Positions 63,671 to 64,000 of a DNA stretch of 64,000 bases are shown one piece after another. Origin of the DNA: Vicugna vicugna (lineage: Eukaryota); the NCBI GenBank assembly GCA_013265495.1, contig MU057711.1:806001-870000 (forward strand), written 5' to 3'. The translations under genes and the position numbers were made by a program. The notes below the pieces were generated by a model. That model was not told the DNA's origin and made no database searches. It saw only the letters and a list, made by a program, of their open reading frames with translations. Positions within the stretch are counted from its first letter, which is position 1. Each line of letters begins with the position of its first letter.

Positions 63671-64000
63671 GTCAATAAGTTAGAAAGCAAAAGAGCTTTG
63701 GACTTTTTAAGCAGTAATATCCAAAGCTAGGTGCAACAGACCAGTACTTTTTAAAAATCCTCCAAGAAAAATGATTATCATTCTAAAATTCTGTGTCCAA
63801 CCAAAATACCCTGAAAGTGTTGAGGGTAAAATAATCATGCAAGGTTTCAAAACATTGTTTACTTCCCCTAGATATGTCCCCTGGAGGACAGCTCTTCAAA
63901 TACAAAAGGATGAACCAAGAAAGAAGACAACATGGGCTACAGTAAACAGAAAGATGCAGGGGAGCACTGAGGATAATGACAACTTTACACCACGGGCATC

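Noticed and set aside
1..64000. CRISPR arrays, operons, rRNA or prokaryotic defence systems
   Set aside because: The sequence is intron-rich mammalian DNA; none seen.

Overview
Mammalian genomic DNA, probably camelid judging from the SINE family; no prokaryotic features. The + strand carries the last seven coding exons of LONP2 (peroxisomal Lon protease; AAA+ tail, Ser-Lys protease domain, C-terminal SKL), 6913-41437, with consistent splice phases. The - strand carries the convergent SIAH1 gene: a single-exon 282-aa CDS (49088-49936), an alternative upstream coding exon giving a 313-aa isoform (52277-52367), an intronic CpG-rich promoter and a p53-like element. The main SIAH1 first exon is presumably beyond the window. 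The rest is intronic repeat (L1, L2, CR1/L3, MIR, MLT1, MER21-like, hAT elements, tRNA-derived SINEs) plus a 765-nt assembly gap. The main discovery is a chain of about 12 decayed minus-strand exons (~17412-35850) nested in two LONP2 introns and straddling one LONP2 exon. It has promoter-like motifs, a Kozak ATG, recognisable splice sites, coiled-coil-like then low-complexity peptide remnants, and one exon whose frame is restored by removing an LTR at its target-site duplication. It looks like an ancient pseudogene, tentatively CCDC73-like. All analysis is by eye; repeat family names and human-protein comparisons are from recall and need computational confirmation.
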